Shown here: one piece after another, positions 39,947-50,409 of the stretch | Layout: each line of letters starts with the position of its first letter | Position numbering within the stretch: position 1 is the first letter of the stretch | From: Nitrospirota bacterium | GTDB lineage: Bacteria > Nitrospirota > Thermodesulfovibrionia > Thermodesulfovibrionales > JdFR-85 | DNA: 54,681 nt | Assembly (NCBI GenBank): GCA_011051565.1 | Contig: DRKX01000121.1 | Location: forward strand, 1 to 54,681 | Direction: 5' to 3' | Notes under the pieces: generated by a model | The model's input: only the letters and a program-made list of their open reading frames with translations | Database searches by the model: none | What the model was told of the DNA's origin: nothing | Translations under genes and position numbers: made by a program

Positions 39947-40098
39947 GCCGCGTTCATTCCGTCAGTCCGCCCTCAACCGCAATGTGTGCAGGCCCTGCAA
40001 CTCGAGAATCAGACGAAGAAACCCGGAGGGCTGCCTCTACGGTCCAAGTATCCGCCCAGTCCGATACGTAAAAGCAAAAACAAGTAATGCCAAGGGAT

Positions 40099-40608
40099 TC
40101 AGGCTGACTCTTTCAGCCTTCTGAGATAGCGCTTCCTGAAAAACTCCCTCTTTATCGGGCTCATCCTGTCGACGAAGAGGAGGCCGTCGAGGTGGTCTAT
40201 CTCGTGCTGAAGCGCCCTTGCCAGAAGGCCCTCAGCCTCGATCTCGACCGATCTGCCTTCCCTGTCAAGCCCCCTGACGCGCACCGCCGCAGCCCGTTCG
40301 ATGTTCGACACGTAGCCGGGCACACTGAGGCACCCTTCCTCTGAGACTACCTTCCCGTCACGCTCGATTATCTCCGGGTTCAGCAGGACGATCAGCGGGT
40401 GTTCTTCCTCCTTGAGTTTCACGTGCACCACTATGACACGCTTGGACTCGCCCACCTGAGGCGCAGCCAGGCCTATGCCCGGTGCTGCATACATCGTCTC
40501 GATCATGTCGTCAATGAGTCTCTGGAGCGCACCGTCGACCTCCTCGACGGAAAGAGCCTTTCTCTTCAGTACGGGGTCCGGATATTTCTTTATTTCGAGC
40601 ACAGACAT
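40099..40608 (-). CDS. def: Peptide deformylase
   Basis: GIGLAAPQVG, EGCLS, QHEIDHLDG. Confidence 0.97.
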   Translation of the reverse strand: MSVLEIKKYPDPVLKRKALSVEEVDGALQRLIDDMIETMYAAPGIGLAAPQVGESKRVIVVHVKLKEEEHPLIVLLNPEIIERDGKVVSEEGCLSVPGYVSNIERAAAVRVRGLDREGRSVEIEAEGLLARALQHEIDHLDGLLFVDRMSPIKREFFRKRYLRRLKESA

Positions 40609-40613
40609 GTTTT

Positions 40614-40622
40614 ATTATAACA
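40614..40622 (-). promoter_or_regulatory. Extended -10 element 5 nt before the def ATG (probable leaderless promoter)
   Basis: Minus strand TGtTATAAT-aaaac-ATG; no SD sequence. Confidence 0.6.
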
Positions 40623-40675
40623 ACACGACAGGTCTTTTTTCCCGGACCACACTCACATAGGGGCGTGCGTGTACA

Positions 40676-41980
40676 ATGGAGACGCTTACAATAATCGGTG
40701 GAGGGCTCTCGGGCTCTGAGGCCGCCTATCAGGCGGCGAGGAGGGGGATCTGCGTGAGGTTATACGAGATGAGGCCTCTCAAGACGACCGGCGCCCACAA
40801 GACCGGTCTCCTCGGAGAACTCGTATGCTCGAACTCCCTCAGGTCCAAGGAGCCGGCAACAGCGGCCGGACTGCTCAAGGAAGAGCTCAGGCTGGCAGGC
40901 TCCCTGATAATGGAGGCAGCCGAAAGATGCACTGTGCCGGCGGGTTCAGCCCTTGCCGTGGACAGGACGCTCTTCGCCGAATACATAACGGGGAGGCTGT
41001 CCGAGCATCCATCAATAGAGGTGATACGGGAAGAAGCAGTGGATATCCCCGAAGGCCCCTGCATTGTGGCCACCGGTCCTCTGACCTCGGATGCCCTTTC
41101 ATGGGCGTTGAGGAGGCTGCTCGGTGGTGACCACCTCTACTTCTACGATGCCATCGCACCGATCGTGGATGCCGAGAGCATCGACCACTCCAAGGTCTTC
41201 AGGGCTTCGAGGTATGGAAAGGGAGACGCCGACTACCTGAACTGCCCTATGAACAGGGACGAGTACGAGAGGTTCCATGCCGCCCTATTAGAGGCCGACA
41301 TGGTGGCCCCGAGGGTCTTCGAGGACGAGCGGGTCTTCGAGGGATGCATGCCCGTTGAGGTGATGGCGAGAAGGGGAAAGGAGACCCTACGCTTCGGCCC
41401 CATGAAGCCGGTCGGGCTGGTGGATCCGCGCACCGGGGAGATGCCGTATGCGGTCGTCCAGCTCCGGATTGAAAACATGGACGCAACGGCCTATAATATG
41501 GTAGGGTTTCAGACGCGGCTCAAGTGGCCCGAGCAGAAGAGGGTCTTCAGGCTGATCCCCGGTCTCGAGAACGCCGAATTCATGCGTTATGGAAGCATAC
41601 ACAGGAACACCTTCGTCAACGGCCCCATGTTTCTGGAGCCGGACCTCACGCTCAAGGTCCGCCCGGACGTCTACATCGCAGGACAGCTCTCGGGAGTCGA
41701 GGGATATATCGAATCCACGGCCATGGGGGTGCTTGCCGGTATAAACGCGGCGAGAAGACTGAAGGGGCTCGACTTCGTGGTCCCGCCGCTTGAGTCGGCT
41801 CACGGGGCGTTGCTTCATTACGTCACGGCATCGCCTCCTGACGGTTTTCAGCCGAGTAACGTCAACTTCGGGCTCTTTCCCCCGGTCGGGGAAAGGATCA
41901 GGGACAAGAAGAGACGGCGTGCATACATCGTTGAGAGGGCGCTTGCGGCGTGGAAGGAATACCTGAGAAAAAGCGGATGA
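40676..41980 (+). CDS. trmFO: Folate/FAD-dependent tRNA (uracil-5-)-methyltransferase TrmFO (Gid)
   Basis: [58 protein letters not shown]. Confidence 0.96.
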   Translation: METLTIIGGGLSGSEAAYQAARRGICVRLYEMRPLKTTGAHKTGLLGELVCSNSLRSKEPATAAGLLKEELRLAGSLIMEAAERCTVPAGSALAVDRTLFAEYITGRLSEHPSIEVIREEAVDIPEGPCIVATGPLTSDALSWALRRLLGGDHLYFYDAIAPIVDAESIDHSKVFRASRYGKGDADYLNCPMNRDEYERFHAALLEADMVAPRVFEDERVFEGCMPVEVMARRGKETLRFGPMKPVGLVDPRTGEMPYAVVQLRIENMDATAYNMVGFQTRLKWPEQKRVFRLIPGLENAEFMRYGSIHRNTFVNGPMFLEPDLTLKVRPDVYIAGQLSGVEGYIESTAMGVLAGINAARRLKGLDFVVPPLESAHGALLHYVTASPPDGFQPSNVNFGLFPPVGERIRDKKRRRAYIVERALAAWKEYLRKSG

Positions 41981-42864
41981 GTGAATACACGGATGAATTC
42001 CTGAGATACATGGAGGTGGAAAAGGGTGCCTCCAAGCACACCCTGAGGGCATACAGAGAGGACCTCGGGCAGTTCTTCGGAGTTGTCGGAAAACCTCCCG
42101 CCGAGGTCGAGTTGAGCGATATCCGAGGCTTCATGGCCCAGCGCCTCCGAGACGGCAAGGAGAGGTCCACGGTAAGCAGGCAGCTGGCCACCTTGAGGTC
42201 GTTCTTCAGGTTCCTCCACAGGGAGGGCCTGATAGGCTCGAACCCCGCCCGCCTTGTTCCAAACCCCAAGCAGAAGAAGCGGCTGCCGAGGTTTCTCTCG
42301 GTGGACGAGATGTTCTCGGTCATCGAGGAGCCCGAGGGCATAGGTTTCCGGAAGGCACGCGACAGGGCGGTCCTCGACCTCCTCTATTCGTCCGGCTTGA
42401 GGGTCAGCGAGCTGGCCGCCATGGACATGGACGACCTGAACCTGAAAGAGGGGCTCATAAAGGTGAGGGGCAAGAGGAAGAAGGAACGGATAGTCCCGGT
42501 GGGGAGCAAGGCGGTCAAATCGTTGAAGGCGTACCTGATCGAGAGGGCCCTTGTCAGGCATCATACCGAAGCCGTATTCCTCAACAGAACCGGTGCCCGC
42601 CTCACGGACAGGAGCATAAGAAGGATAGTGGTCAAGTACTCGAGAGAGGCCGGGATCAGCGGAAACGTAGGCCCCCATACGCTCAGGCACAGCTTTGCCA
42701 CGCACCTGCTGCAGAGCGGAGCCGACCTCAGGGTCATCCAGGAACTCCTTGGTCACGGCTCGCTCTCTTCAACACAGGTGTATACGCACCTGGATGTCTC
42801 TCACCTGATGGATGTCTACGACAAGTCACACCCCCTTGCGGGGAAGAGAAAAGGAGAAAAATAG
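41977..42864 (+). CDS. xerC: Tyrosine recombinase XerC (CodV-like)
   Basis: Intact catalytic residues: [30 protein letters not shown]; conserved trmFO-xerC-hslVU context; start ATG 41977. Confidence 0.9.
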   Translation: MSEYTDEFLRYMEVEKGASKHTLRAYREDLGQFFGVVGKPPAEVELSDIRGFMAQRLRDGKERSTVSRQLATLRSFFRFLHREGLIGSNPARLVPNPKQKKRLPRFLSVDEMFSVIEEPEGIGFRKARDRAVLDLLYSSGLRVSELAAMDMDDLNLKEGLIKVRGKRKKERIVPVGSKAVKSLKAYLIERALVRHHTEAVFLNRTGARLTDRSIRRIVVKYSREAGISGNVGPHTLRHSFATHLLQSGADLRVIQELLGHGSLSSTQVYTHLDVSHLMDVYDKSHPLAGKRKGEK

Positions 42865-42870
42865 GGGGGC

Positions 42871-42891
42871 TTTGTTATAATTTGTTATAAT
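42871..42891 (+). repeat. Perfect 10-bp tandem repeat TTTGTTATAA x2, each copy forming a TGnTATAAT element
   Basis: Sequence TTTGTTATAA TTTGTTATAA T, located 88 nt upstream of hslV. Confidence 0.8.
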
Positions 42892-42978
42892 ACGAATTTA
42901 CAGCCCTCCCGATCCACGGCGGCGGCTCAAGGAAGAGGCCGGCGTGAGTCGATACAGGCCGGACAAGGAGACGTGGTC

Positions 42979-43506
42979 ATGATAAGAGGAACGACGATAC
43001 TGTGTGTGAGGAGAGACGGAAAGGTCGCCATCGGCGGTGACGGCCAGGTCACCATGGGCAACACCGTCTTGAAGCACAATGCGCGCAAGACGAGGAAGAT
43101 GTACAAGGAGAGGGTCCTTGCGGGCTTTGCTGGCGCCACGGCCGACGCTTTCACCCTCTTTGAGAAGTTCGAAGAAAAGCTCGAGTCCTTGAGGGGTAAC
43201 ATCACAAAGGCCGCGGTGGAACTCGCCAAGGACTGGAGGACCGACAAGATACTCAGGAGGCTCGAGGCACTGCTCATAGTAGCCGATACCGAGCATACAT
43301 TCATCATTTCTGGCACGGGTGACGTCATAGAGCCGGAGGAGGGAATCGCTGCAATCGGTTCGGGCGGCCCCTTTGCTCAGGCGGCTGCAAAGGCCCTCTA
43401 TGCCAATACCTCGCTCGGGCCGCGCGAGATCGTGGAGAAGGCCATGAGGATTGCGGCGGATATCTGCATCTACACCAATGAACGAACAATAATAGAGGAG
43501 TTATAA
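42979..43506 (+). CDS. hslV: ATP-dependent protease peptidase subunit HslV (ClpQ)
   Basis: GTTIL catalytic Thr, [31 protein letters not shown]. Confidence 0.97.
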   Translation: MIRGTTILCVRRDGKVAIGGDGQVTMGNTVLKHNARKTRKMYKERVLAGFAGATADAFTLFEKFEEKLESLRGNITKAAVELAKDWRTDKILRRLEALLIVADTEHTFIISGTGDVIEPEEGIAAIGSGGPFAQAAAKALYANTSLGPREIVEKAMRIAADICIYTNERTIIEEL

Positions 43507-43507
43507 G

Positions 43508-44920
43508 ATGAAGACCATGGAGAAAGCCGAAGACATGACGGAACAAGGCGGCTCTCACGGAGAATGGAGCCCCATCGAGGAAGGGCTCACACCGAGACGC
43601 ATAGTCGAAGAGCTCGACAAGTTCATCATAGGACAGCGTAATGCGAAGAAGGCCGTCGCCATCGCTCTCAGGAACAGGTGGAGAAGGCAGAGGCTGAGTC
43701 CCGAGCTTCGCGATGAAGTCCTGCCGAAGAACATAATAATGATCGGCTCCACGGGGGTCGGAAAGACCGAGATCGCAAGGAGGCTCTCTAAGCTCGCGAA
43801 CGCACCGTTCATGAAGGTCGAGGCATCGAAGTTCACCGAGGTCGGCTATGTCGGCAGGGACGTGGAGTCGATAATAAGGGATATCACCGAGATCGCCGTC
43901 AACATGGTCAAGACCGAGCACTTCGAAAAGGTACAGCAGAAGGCCAAGGCCCTTGCCGAGGAGAGGCTGCTCGACCTGCTCCTTCCGCGTCCCGGAAGGG
44001 GATTCAGGGAGTCGGAGCAGGGTGAAGAAGAGAGACGGAAGTATTCAGACACGCGGGAGAAGCTGAGGGCCCAGCTCAGGGCCGGAAAGTTCGACTCGCG
44101 CTATGTCGAGATAGAGGTCAAGGAGAAGGTGATGCCCCTCGGCGTCATCTCGAACGTCGGACTCGAAGACCTCGAGATCAACCTCAAGGAGATGCTCGGC
44201 AGTTTCCTGCCCGAAAAACCGAAGAGAAAGAAGGTCAGGATATCCGAGGCCGTCCAGCTGCTCACCCGGGAAGAGGCGGACAAACTGATCGACATGGACA
44301 TGGTCACTAAAGAGGCCATAAAGCGCACCGAGCAGACCGGCATAGTATTTCTCGACGAGATAGACAAGGTGGCTTCAAGGGGCTCGGGCCACGGACCAGA
44401 TGTATCGAGGGAAGGGGTCCAGAGAGACCTGCTCCCCATAGTCGAGGGGACCACGGTGACCACCAAGCACGGCCCCGTGCGCACGGAGCACATACTGTTC
44501 ATCGCAGCCGGGGCGTTTCACATGGCCAAGCCCTCTGACCTGATACCCGAACTCCAGGGGAGGTTCCCGATAAGGGTGGAACTCGACTCTCTCGGTAAGG
44601 AGGACTTCGTCAGAATCCTCACGGAACCCGACAACGCCCTTGTCAAGCAGTACATCGCCCTGCTTGCCACAGAGGATGTGGAGATAGTATTCACGGATGA
44701 CGCCATAGACGAGATAGCCTCCATAGCAGCCACCGTCAACGAGAAGACCGAGAACATCGGCGCGAGGCGCCTCCATACCATACTCGAGAAGCTCCTTGAG
44801 GAGATTTCCTTCGACGCCCCTGAAAAGAGAAACACGTCTCTCACGATCGACAGCGGCTACGTGAGGGAGAAGCTCGGCGATATAGTCAAGGATGAAGACC
44901 TGAGCAGGTACATACTCTAA
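43508..44920 (+). CDS. hslU: ATP-dependent protease ATPase subunit HslU (ClpY)
   Basis: LRNRWRR, Walker [13 protein letters not shown] pore loop, [27 protein letters not shown]. Exact start uncertain. Confidence 0.97.
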   Translation: MKTMEKAEDMTEQGGSHGEWSPIEEGLTPRRIVEELDKFIIGQRNAKKAVAIALRNRWRRQRLSPELRDEVLPKNIIMIGSTGVGKTEIARRLSKLANAPFMKVEASKFTEVGYVGRDVESIIRDITEIAVNMVKTEHFEKVQQKAKALAEERLLDLLLPRPGRGFRESEQGEEERRKYSDTREKLRAQLRAGKFDSRYVEIEVKEKVMPLGVISNVGLEDLEINLKEMLGSFLPEKPKRKKVRISEAVQLLTREEADKLIDMDMVTKEAIKRTEQTGIVFLDEIDKVASRGSGHGPDVSREGVQRDLLPIVEGTTVTTKHGPVRTEHILFIAAGAFHMAKPSDLIPELQGRFPIRVELDSLGKEDFVRILTEPDNALVKQYIALLATEDVEIVFTDDAIDEIASIAATVNEKTENIGARRLHTILEKLLEEISFDAPEKRNTSLTIDSGYVREKLGDIVKDEDLSRYIL

Positions 44921-45011
44921 ACTCCTGAAGGTATCCAGCACGTTGGCGGGATTGCGGCCCGACACCCCGCATGATACGGTGTAAATCCATACATAATGGA
45001 GGGCACCTGAC

Positions 45012-45665
45012 ATGAAAAAGCCCGTTGTCCTGATTGTCGTTGTCATGCTGCTTCAGGCCTGCGCGTCCTCGAGGCAGGAGGTAAGGCCTGAAGACCGCTA
45101 CATGGTGGCCTCGTGGTACGGCAAGAAGTTCCACGGAAGGCTGACCGCCTCCGGGGAGAGGTACAACATGTATGCACATACGGCGGCCCACAAGACCCTC
45201 CCCTTCGGTACGAGGCTCAAGGTCACCAACCCGGAAAACGGACGCTCCGTGGTGGTCAAGATCAACGACCGGGGGCCGTTCATCCGGGGCAGGGACATAG
45301 ACCTCTCGTACGGTGCTGCGAAAAAGATCGGCTTGATCGGCAGGGGCACTGCAAGGGTGCGGGTGGAGTATCTCGGGATGGAGGCGTCCCCTGCCCGACG
45401 AGTGAAGTATGTCGCCTCCTCTAAAGGTCCGTTCACCATACAGGTAGCGTCTTTCAGGGACTTCGGCAATGCCGATTCTCTGAAGTCCGAGCTGTCACGT
45501 GCTTACAGGGGGGTCTACATACAGGAGATCGCGATCAAGGGAAGGAGGTACTTCAGGGTCATGATCGGGAAGTTCTCGGACCGCGGCTCTGCTGAACGGG
45601 CGGCGGCGAGGCTCGCGCGCGAGGGCTACAATGTGCTCGTGACGACCTACAGGGAGGTGCTTTGA
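45012..45665 (+). CDS. rlpA: Septal ring lytic transglycosylase RlpA-family lipoprotein with SPOR domain
   Basis: Lipobox [36 protein letters not shown]; C-terminal SPOR (IQVASF). Confidence 0.92.
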   Translation: MKKPVVLIVVVMLLQACASSRQEVRPEDRYMVASWYGKKFHGRLTASGERYNMYAHTAAHKTLPFGTRLKVTNPENGRSVVVKINDRGPFIRGRDIDLSYGAAKKIGLIGRGTARVRVEYLGMEASPARRVKYVASSKGPFTIQVASFRDFGNADSLKSELSRAYRGVYIQEIAIKGRRYFRVMIGKFSDRGSAERAAARLAREGYNVLVTTYREVL

Positions 45666-46246
45666 CGACCTTCGAAGACGTGATACGGTTTCACGGACAC
45701 GCTTGTCCCGGCCTCGCACTCGGCTACAGGGTCTCGGCCCTTGTACTCAGGGAGTTCGGCCCGAGGTCCGAGGACGAGGAACTGGTTGCCGTCGTGGAGA
45801 ACAACTCCTGCGCAGTGGACGCCGTGCAGGTGATGACCGGATGCACTTTCGGCAAGGGCAACCTCATATTCCGCGACTACGGCAAGCAGGTCTACACGTT
45901 CATAAGGAGGCCCTCGGCAGAGGCCCTGAGGATCTCGGTCAAGTGGAGCCCGCCTGCAGAGACCGAAGAGGAACAGCGGATGTGGAGGCGTTATTCTTCC
46001 GGGGAGCGGTCCGAGGAGGTCTTGAAGGCGGTGCACGACAGGAAGGCGAGAAAGACCGAGGCCGTATTGAACGCCGCTGACAGCGACCTCTTCGAGGTGA
46101 AGAGGACGGAGGCGGATATCCCGGAGGTGGCGAGGATATATCCATCCATCAGGTGCGACGTTTGCGGTGAGAAGGTCATGGAGCCGAAGACGAGACGCAG
46201 AGGCGGCGAGACCCTCTGCATACCATGTGCCGAAAGGAGCGGATGA
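45662..46246 (+). CDS. FmdE/FwdE-family protein with C-terminal zinc finger
   Basis: [35 protein letters not shown]...CIPC. Confidence 0.9.
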   Translation: MTTFEDVIRFHGHACPGLALGYRVSALVLREFGPRSEDEELVAVVENNSCAVDAVQVMTGCTFGKGNLIFRDYGKQVYTFIRRPSAEALRISVKWSPPAETEEEQRMWRRYSSGERSEEVLKAVHDRKARKTEAVLNAADSDLFEVKRTEADIPEVARIYPSIRCDVCGEKVMEPKTRRRGGETLCIPCAERSG

Positions 46247-46292
46247 GGGGATGGGCCGTTTCCACCAGGGAGCCCGGGTGACGGAGTCGGCC

Positions 46293-47432
46293 ATGTATGA
46301 ATATCAAAAGACCGGCAGGTTCTTTGCGCAGATATCAGACGATTTAAAAGACGCGGGGGCCTGCGAACTCATCGAGTTGGGCGCGACCGATGTCACTGCC
46401 GGCTACAGCGGCGTCTACTTCTCGGCCGACAGGGAGGCGCTTTACAGGATCAACTATGCTGCGAGGCTCGCTTCGAGGATACTTGCACCAATCGTCACCT
46501 TCAGCTGCAGGAGTACCGAACAGTTGTACAAGAAGGCGCGTAGGGTGGACTGGACGGACTTCTTCAGCGTTGAGAACACGTTCGCCGTATTCGGCAACGT
46601 CTCGAAGAGCAGCATAAACAACTCTCACTATGCATCCCTATGTCTGAAGGATGCAATCGTGGACTCCTTTCGAGAGACATCCGGCAGGAGGCCTGACGTC
46701 GACAAGATAAGACCGGATGTATGGCTGAACCTCCATGTAAACAGGGACAAAGCGACCATAAGCCTGGACACGTCCGGAGGCGCCCTGCACCGGAGGGGAT
46801 ACCGTGAGGAAGCCCTTGCAGCCCCCATGCAGGAGACGGTCGCTGCAGCAATCATCAGGTATGCCGGATGGGACGGCTCGGTTCCACTCTATGATCCGAT
46901 GTGCGGCTCGGGCACCCTGCTCTGCGAGGCACTCATGCATTACTGCAGGATACCTTCCGGGGTATTCAGGAAGCGCTTCGGCTTTGAATTCCTGCCGGAC
47001 TTCGATGAGACGACTTGGAGGAGGACGAGGAGTGAGCTCGACAGCCGGATACGTGAACTGCCGCATGGATACATCTTCGGAAGCGACCTCTCAGCCCGTG
47101 CCGTGGAGATATCCCGGATGAATACCTGCAAGTTGAGACACGGCGAGAGGATAGGCCTCCGGGTGTTGGATTTCAGGGAGAGCGAAGGACTCGAAGACGG
47201 CGTCATCATCACGAATCCCCCATACGGCATACGCATGGGTAAGAGGGAGGAACTCGGCCGCCTGTACAAATCCCTCGGTGACTTCCTGAAGAAGAGATGC
47301 AAGGGATCCGCCGCTTATATCTATTTCGGTGAACGTGAACTCATCAAGCAACTGGGACTGAGGCCGAAGTGGAAGAAACCCCTCAAGACCGGCGGCCTCG
47401 ACGGCAGGCTGGTGAAGTACGAACTCTTCTGA
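46293..47432 (+). CDS. THUMP-domain class I SAM-dependent RNA methyltransferase (RlmL/YpsC-like)
   Basis: THUMP region, SGGALHRRGYR, APMQETVAA, DPMCGSGT, TNPPYG; start ATG 46293. Confidence 0.9.
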   Translation: MYEYQKTGRFFAQISDDLKDAGACELIELGATDVTAGYSGVYFSADREALYRINYAARLASRILAPIVTFSCRSTEQLYKKARRVDWTDFFSVENTFAVFGNVSKSSINNSHYASLCLKDAIVDSFRETSGRRPDVDKIRPDVWLNLHVNRDKATISLDTSGGALHRRGYREEALAAPMQETVAAAIIRYAGWDGSVPLYDPMCGSGTLLCEALMHYCRIPSGVFRKRFGFEFLPDFDETTWRRTRSELDSRIRELPHGYIFGSDLSARAVEISRMNTCKLRHGERIGLRVLDFRESEGLEDGVIITNPPYGIRMGKREELGRLYKSLGDFLKKRCKGSAAYIYFGERELIKQLGLRPKWKKPLKTGGLDGRLVKYELF

Positions 47433-47615
47433 CCCGCCGGCGAATACACGCTTCCGGCACCACTCTACGGTCTTGCAGCCCCTGAGCCCGACAAGTGCAG
47501 CCGTCCCCCAGGATGTGTTAAAATATCCACCTGATTTTGGACAGGGACTCTGCCCGCCTGGCGTTATGCTGCTTTGACGGGGAGTGTAAAGTCCGGAGAA
47601 TCGCCCGGTGAGTGT

Positions 47616-48497
47616 ATGAAGAGACTGATCGAAAAGGCCGAGATACTGATCGAGGCCCTCCCGTACATCAGAAAGTTCTACGGAAAGACCTTTGTGATAA
47701 AATACGGAGGGGCGGCTCAGACGAGGGACGACCTCAAGGATGCCTTTGCGCAGGATGTTGTCCTGCTCAACTATATCGGCATCAACACGGTGATCGTTCA
47801 CGGCGGCGGGCCGAAGATCTCGGAGATGATGAGCAAGATGGGCAAGACCCCCACCTTTGTTCACGGGCAGAGGGTTACCGACGAGGAGACCATCGACATC
47901 GTCGAGATGGTTCTCGGCGGCCTGGTGAACAAGGAGATCGTCACCCTAATAAACCGCCACGGCGGAAAGGCCGTCGGCTTGACCGGCAAGGATGCCGGGC
48001 TTATCCGCGCGTCGAGGAAGCTCATAAAGAGGCCTTCCCCCGAGACCGGAACCGACGAGATCATCGACCTCGGGCTCGTTGGAGAGGTGGTGGAGGTGGT
48101 CCCCGACGTCCTGGTCGGCCTCGAACGCAACGGGTTCATACCCGTTGTCGCCCCTGTCGGCGCGGGTGCAGAGCAGGAGACGCTGAACATAAACGCCGAC
48201 TACGTTGCGGCATCGCTCGCCGCGGCCCTCAGGGCCGAGAAACTGATATTGATGACCGATGTGCCGGGAATCATCGACGGAGAGGGCAGAACACTCTCCA
48301 GCATCAGGAAGGATGATATCGAGGAATTGCTCGACGAGGGTACGATCTCGGGGGGAATGATCCCGAAGGTGCAGGCCTGCATCGATGTGCTCGAGAGCGG
48401 TGTGGGCAAGACCCATATCGTCGACGGCAGGGTTCCGCACTGCCTCCTGCTCGAGATATTCACCGAAGAGGGGATAGGGACAGAGATCGTCAAGTGA
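47616..48497 (+). CDS. argB: Acetylglutamate kinase
   Basis: EALPYI, IKYGG, VHGGGP, RVTD, NINAD, GGMIPK, DGRVPH, EIFT..GIGT. Confidence 0.96.
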   Translation: MKRLIEKAEILIEALPYIRKFYGKTFVIKYGGAAQTRDDLKDAFAQDVVLLNYIGINTVIVHGGGPKISEMMSKMGKTPTFVHGQRVTDEETIDIVEMVLGGLVNKEIVTLINRHGGKAVGLTGKDAGLIRASRKLIKRPSPETGTDEIIDLGLVGEVVEVVPDVLVGLERNGFIPVVAPVGAGAEQETLNINADYVAASLAAALRAEKLILMTDVPGIIDGEGRTLSSIRKDDIEELLDEGTISGGMIPKVQACIDVLESGVGKTHIVDGRVPHCLLLEIFTEEGIGTEIVK

Positions 48498-48574
48498 ACA
48501 CGCATGTTTGAGTCTCCGCCTTGCGTGCCCGAAGAGCGGCATTTTTGTACAGAAGCAATGATCAGGAGGTCTGT

Positions 48575-49111
48575 ATGTCGAAAAAGGCTTTGGTCGTGAT
48601 CGATATGCTGAACGACTTCGTGATGGAAGGGGCGCCTCTCGAGGTTCCCGACACGAGGAAGGTGGTTTCCGTAATCAAGCGGGAGATAGAGTCAGCCAGA
48701 AAGGAAGGGCGGCATATCATATACGTCTGCGACTCTCATGATCCAGACGACGCGGAGTTCAAGCGCTTCAACTGGCCGGTACATGCAGTCAAGGGCACCA
48801 AGGGGGCACAGATCGTAGAAGAGTTGAGGCCGTCGAACAGCGACATCATCATCGAGAAGACGACGTACTCAGGTTTCTACAGGACGAAGCTCGACAGCAC
48901 ACTCAGGGCCCTCAGGATAGACACCCTGCGACTCACCGGGTGTGTCACCCACATATGCGTGCTGTTCACAGCCTCTGACGCAGTACTGAGGGGATACGAC
49001 GTCGAGGTCGTGAAGGACGGTGTTGCCGGCATTGCTCCCGAAGACCACGATGCAGCACTGAGGATCATGAAGAATGTGCTCAACGTGAAGATACTGAATG
49101 ACGGTTACTGA
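48575..49111 (+). CDS. Isochorismatase-family cysteine hydrolase (nicotinamidase/PncA-like)
   Basis: VIDMLNDF (Asp), DSH...WPVH metal ligands, EK (Lys), THIC (Cys); RBS AGGAGG before ATG 48575. Confidence 0.85.
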   Translation: MSKKALVVIDMLNDFVMEGAPLEVPDTRKVVSVIKREIESARKEGRHIIYVCDSHDPDDAEFKRFNWPVHAVKGTKGAQIVEELRPSNSDIIIEKTTYSGFYRTKLDSTLRALRIDTLRLTGCVTHICVLFTASDAVLRGYDVEVVKDGVAGIAPEDHDAALRIMKNVLNVKILNDGY

Positions 49112-50373
49112 TCGGCCTGCTTCACGAACCTGCGGTACTCCTCGACCGATGCCTCCTGTGCGCTCTTCCTCAGGGCGTTGACTTCATCGAAGTGGCGGCA
49201 CAGCAGTGATACTATATCGGCGTCCAGGGCTCTGTCTTCAGCCATGTGCCTGAGGACGGCAATGGTCTTGTCCCGGCTCATCCCCTTCCTGTATGGCCGG
49301 TCCTCGGTTATGGCGGTGAAGACGTCGGCGACCGCCATTATCCTGGAGCCCAATGAGAGGTCGACCCCCTTGTGGTGGAACGGATAGCCGTTGCCGTCTA
49401 TCCGTTCGTGGTGGAAAGAGCCCCACGCATTGATAGTATCCAGCGCCTTTATGTGCTCCAGTATGCGGAAGGTGTAGAACGTGTGGCTCTTGATGACCTT
49501 GATCTCTTCGACCGTCAAACTCGTTTGCTTCTCCAGGATCTCGACAGGCACGGCGAGCTTGCCCAGGTCGTGGAGGTGACCGGCGATCCTCATCAGCCTG
49601 CATTCACGCTCCGAGAAGCCGGCAAGGCCAGCCAGTGCCACGGCGCACACGGCAACACCAGCAGAATGCGTGGCAGTGAACCTGCTCCTGAAGTCGATGA
49701 TCTGCCTGAAGAGGTCCGACAGGCAGAGCAGGCCCTGCATGTCCAGCTTGACCGTCTTCAGCCTCGCCATTCCTTGCAGCACGGAGCTTATCGAATTGGA
49801 GGCCACGTCGAGCCAGAAAAACTCCCTTGCCGCGAGGCCGTTGAAGACTTCGACGAGCCGGGGCATGAACATCCTGCCCGACTGTTCGTTTATCCTCCTC
49901 GAGATCAGAATCCCCTGTCCGAGAATCTCCTGCTGATTATCGATGAGCACCGCCACCCTGTCGGCGAGGTGGAGGATATGGCTGCCCATAGAGACCTCGT
50001 CGCCCCTGAATTCCGACCCCCGTCCGTTGTTCCAGGGAACGTGGTGGTAGCGTACAAGCCGGGCGGCGGCGGCAAGGGGGTCGAAGCCCTTGAGGAGAAG
50101 GTATCCCAACTCGGCATGCCTGTGAGGATTCGCGGTCTCGAATTCCAGAAAGTCGAGCCTCTCTTCAAGGGAGAGTGCCCCGCTGTCATGCAGTGCGCCT
50201 GCAAGGATCAGGTCGTTCTGTTCTTCGACCGAGAGTCCGAGCTCGGAACCGATGCTGAACGCGATGTATGCCACACGCTCGTGATGATTGACGACCTCCG
50301 GGCTTATCAGGTCCATTGCCATGGAGAGGCACTTTATGATGTCGAACAGGCGGACCTGTGGCTCTATTATCAT
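49105..50373 (-). CDS. HD-[HD-GYP] tandem-domain cyclic dinucleotide phosphodiesterase
   Basis: N-terminal HD domain (HH..V, LHDSG, YHH, LADR) and C-terminal HD-GYP (HS, LHDLGK, HHERIDGNGYP, ADVF, DRPYR). Confidence 0.9.
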   Translation of the reverse strand: MIIEPQVRLFDIIKCLSMAMDLISPEVVNHHERVAYIAFSIGSELGLSVEEQNDLILAGALHDSGALSLEERLDFLEFETANPHRHAELGYLLLKGFDPLAAAARLVRYHHVPWNNGRGSEFRGDEVSMGSHILHLADRVAVLIDNQQEILGQGILISRRINEQSGRMFMPRLVEVFNGLAAREFFWLDVASNSISSVLQGMARLKTVKLDMQGLLCLSDLFRQIIDFRSRFTATHSAGVAVCAVALAGLAGFSERECRLMRIAGHLHDLGKLAVPVEILEKQTSLTVEEIKVIKSHTFYTFRILEHIKALDTINAWGSFHHERIDGNGYPFHHKGVDLSLGSRIMAVADVFTAITEDRPYRKGMSRDKTIAVLRHMAEDRALDADIVSLLCRHFDEVNALRKSAQEASVEEYRRFVKQADQ

Positions 50374-50409
50374 CCGGTCCCCCAGTTTCTCGGCAAGGCT
50401 GGAGGACTC

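Noticed and set aside
40073-40093. Sigma-54 promoter-like TGGCA...TTGC between def and fmt
   Set aside because: The GG-to-GC spacing is not the required 10 bp.
41977-42864. Tyrosine recombinase as a phage or island integrase
   Set aside because: It sits in the conserved trmFO-xerC-hslVU housekeeping context, with no tRNA, att-like repeats or cargo.
42871-42898. dif site next to xerC
   Set aside because: It is a direct repeat, not the 11-6-11 inverted XerC/XerD arm arrangement.
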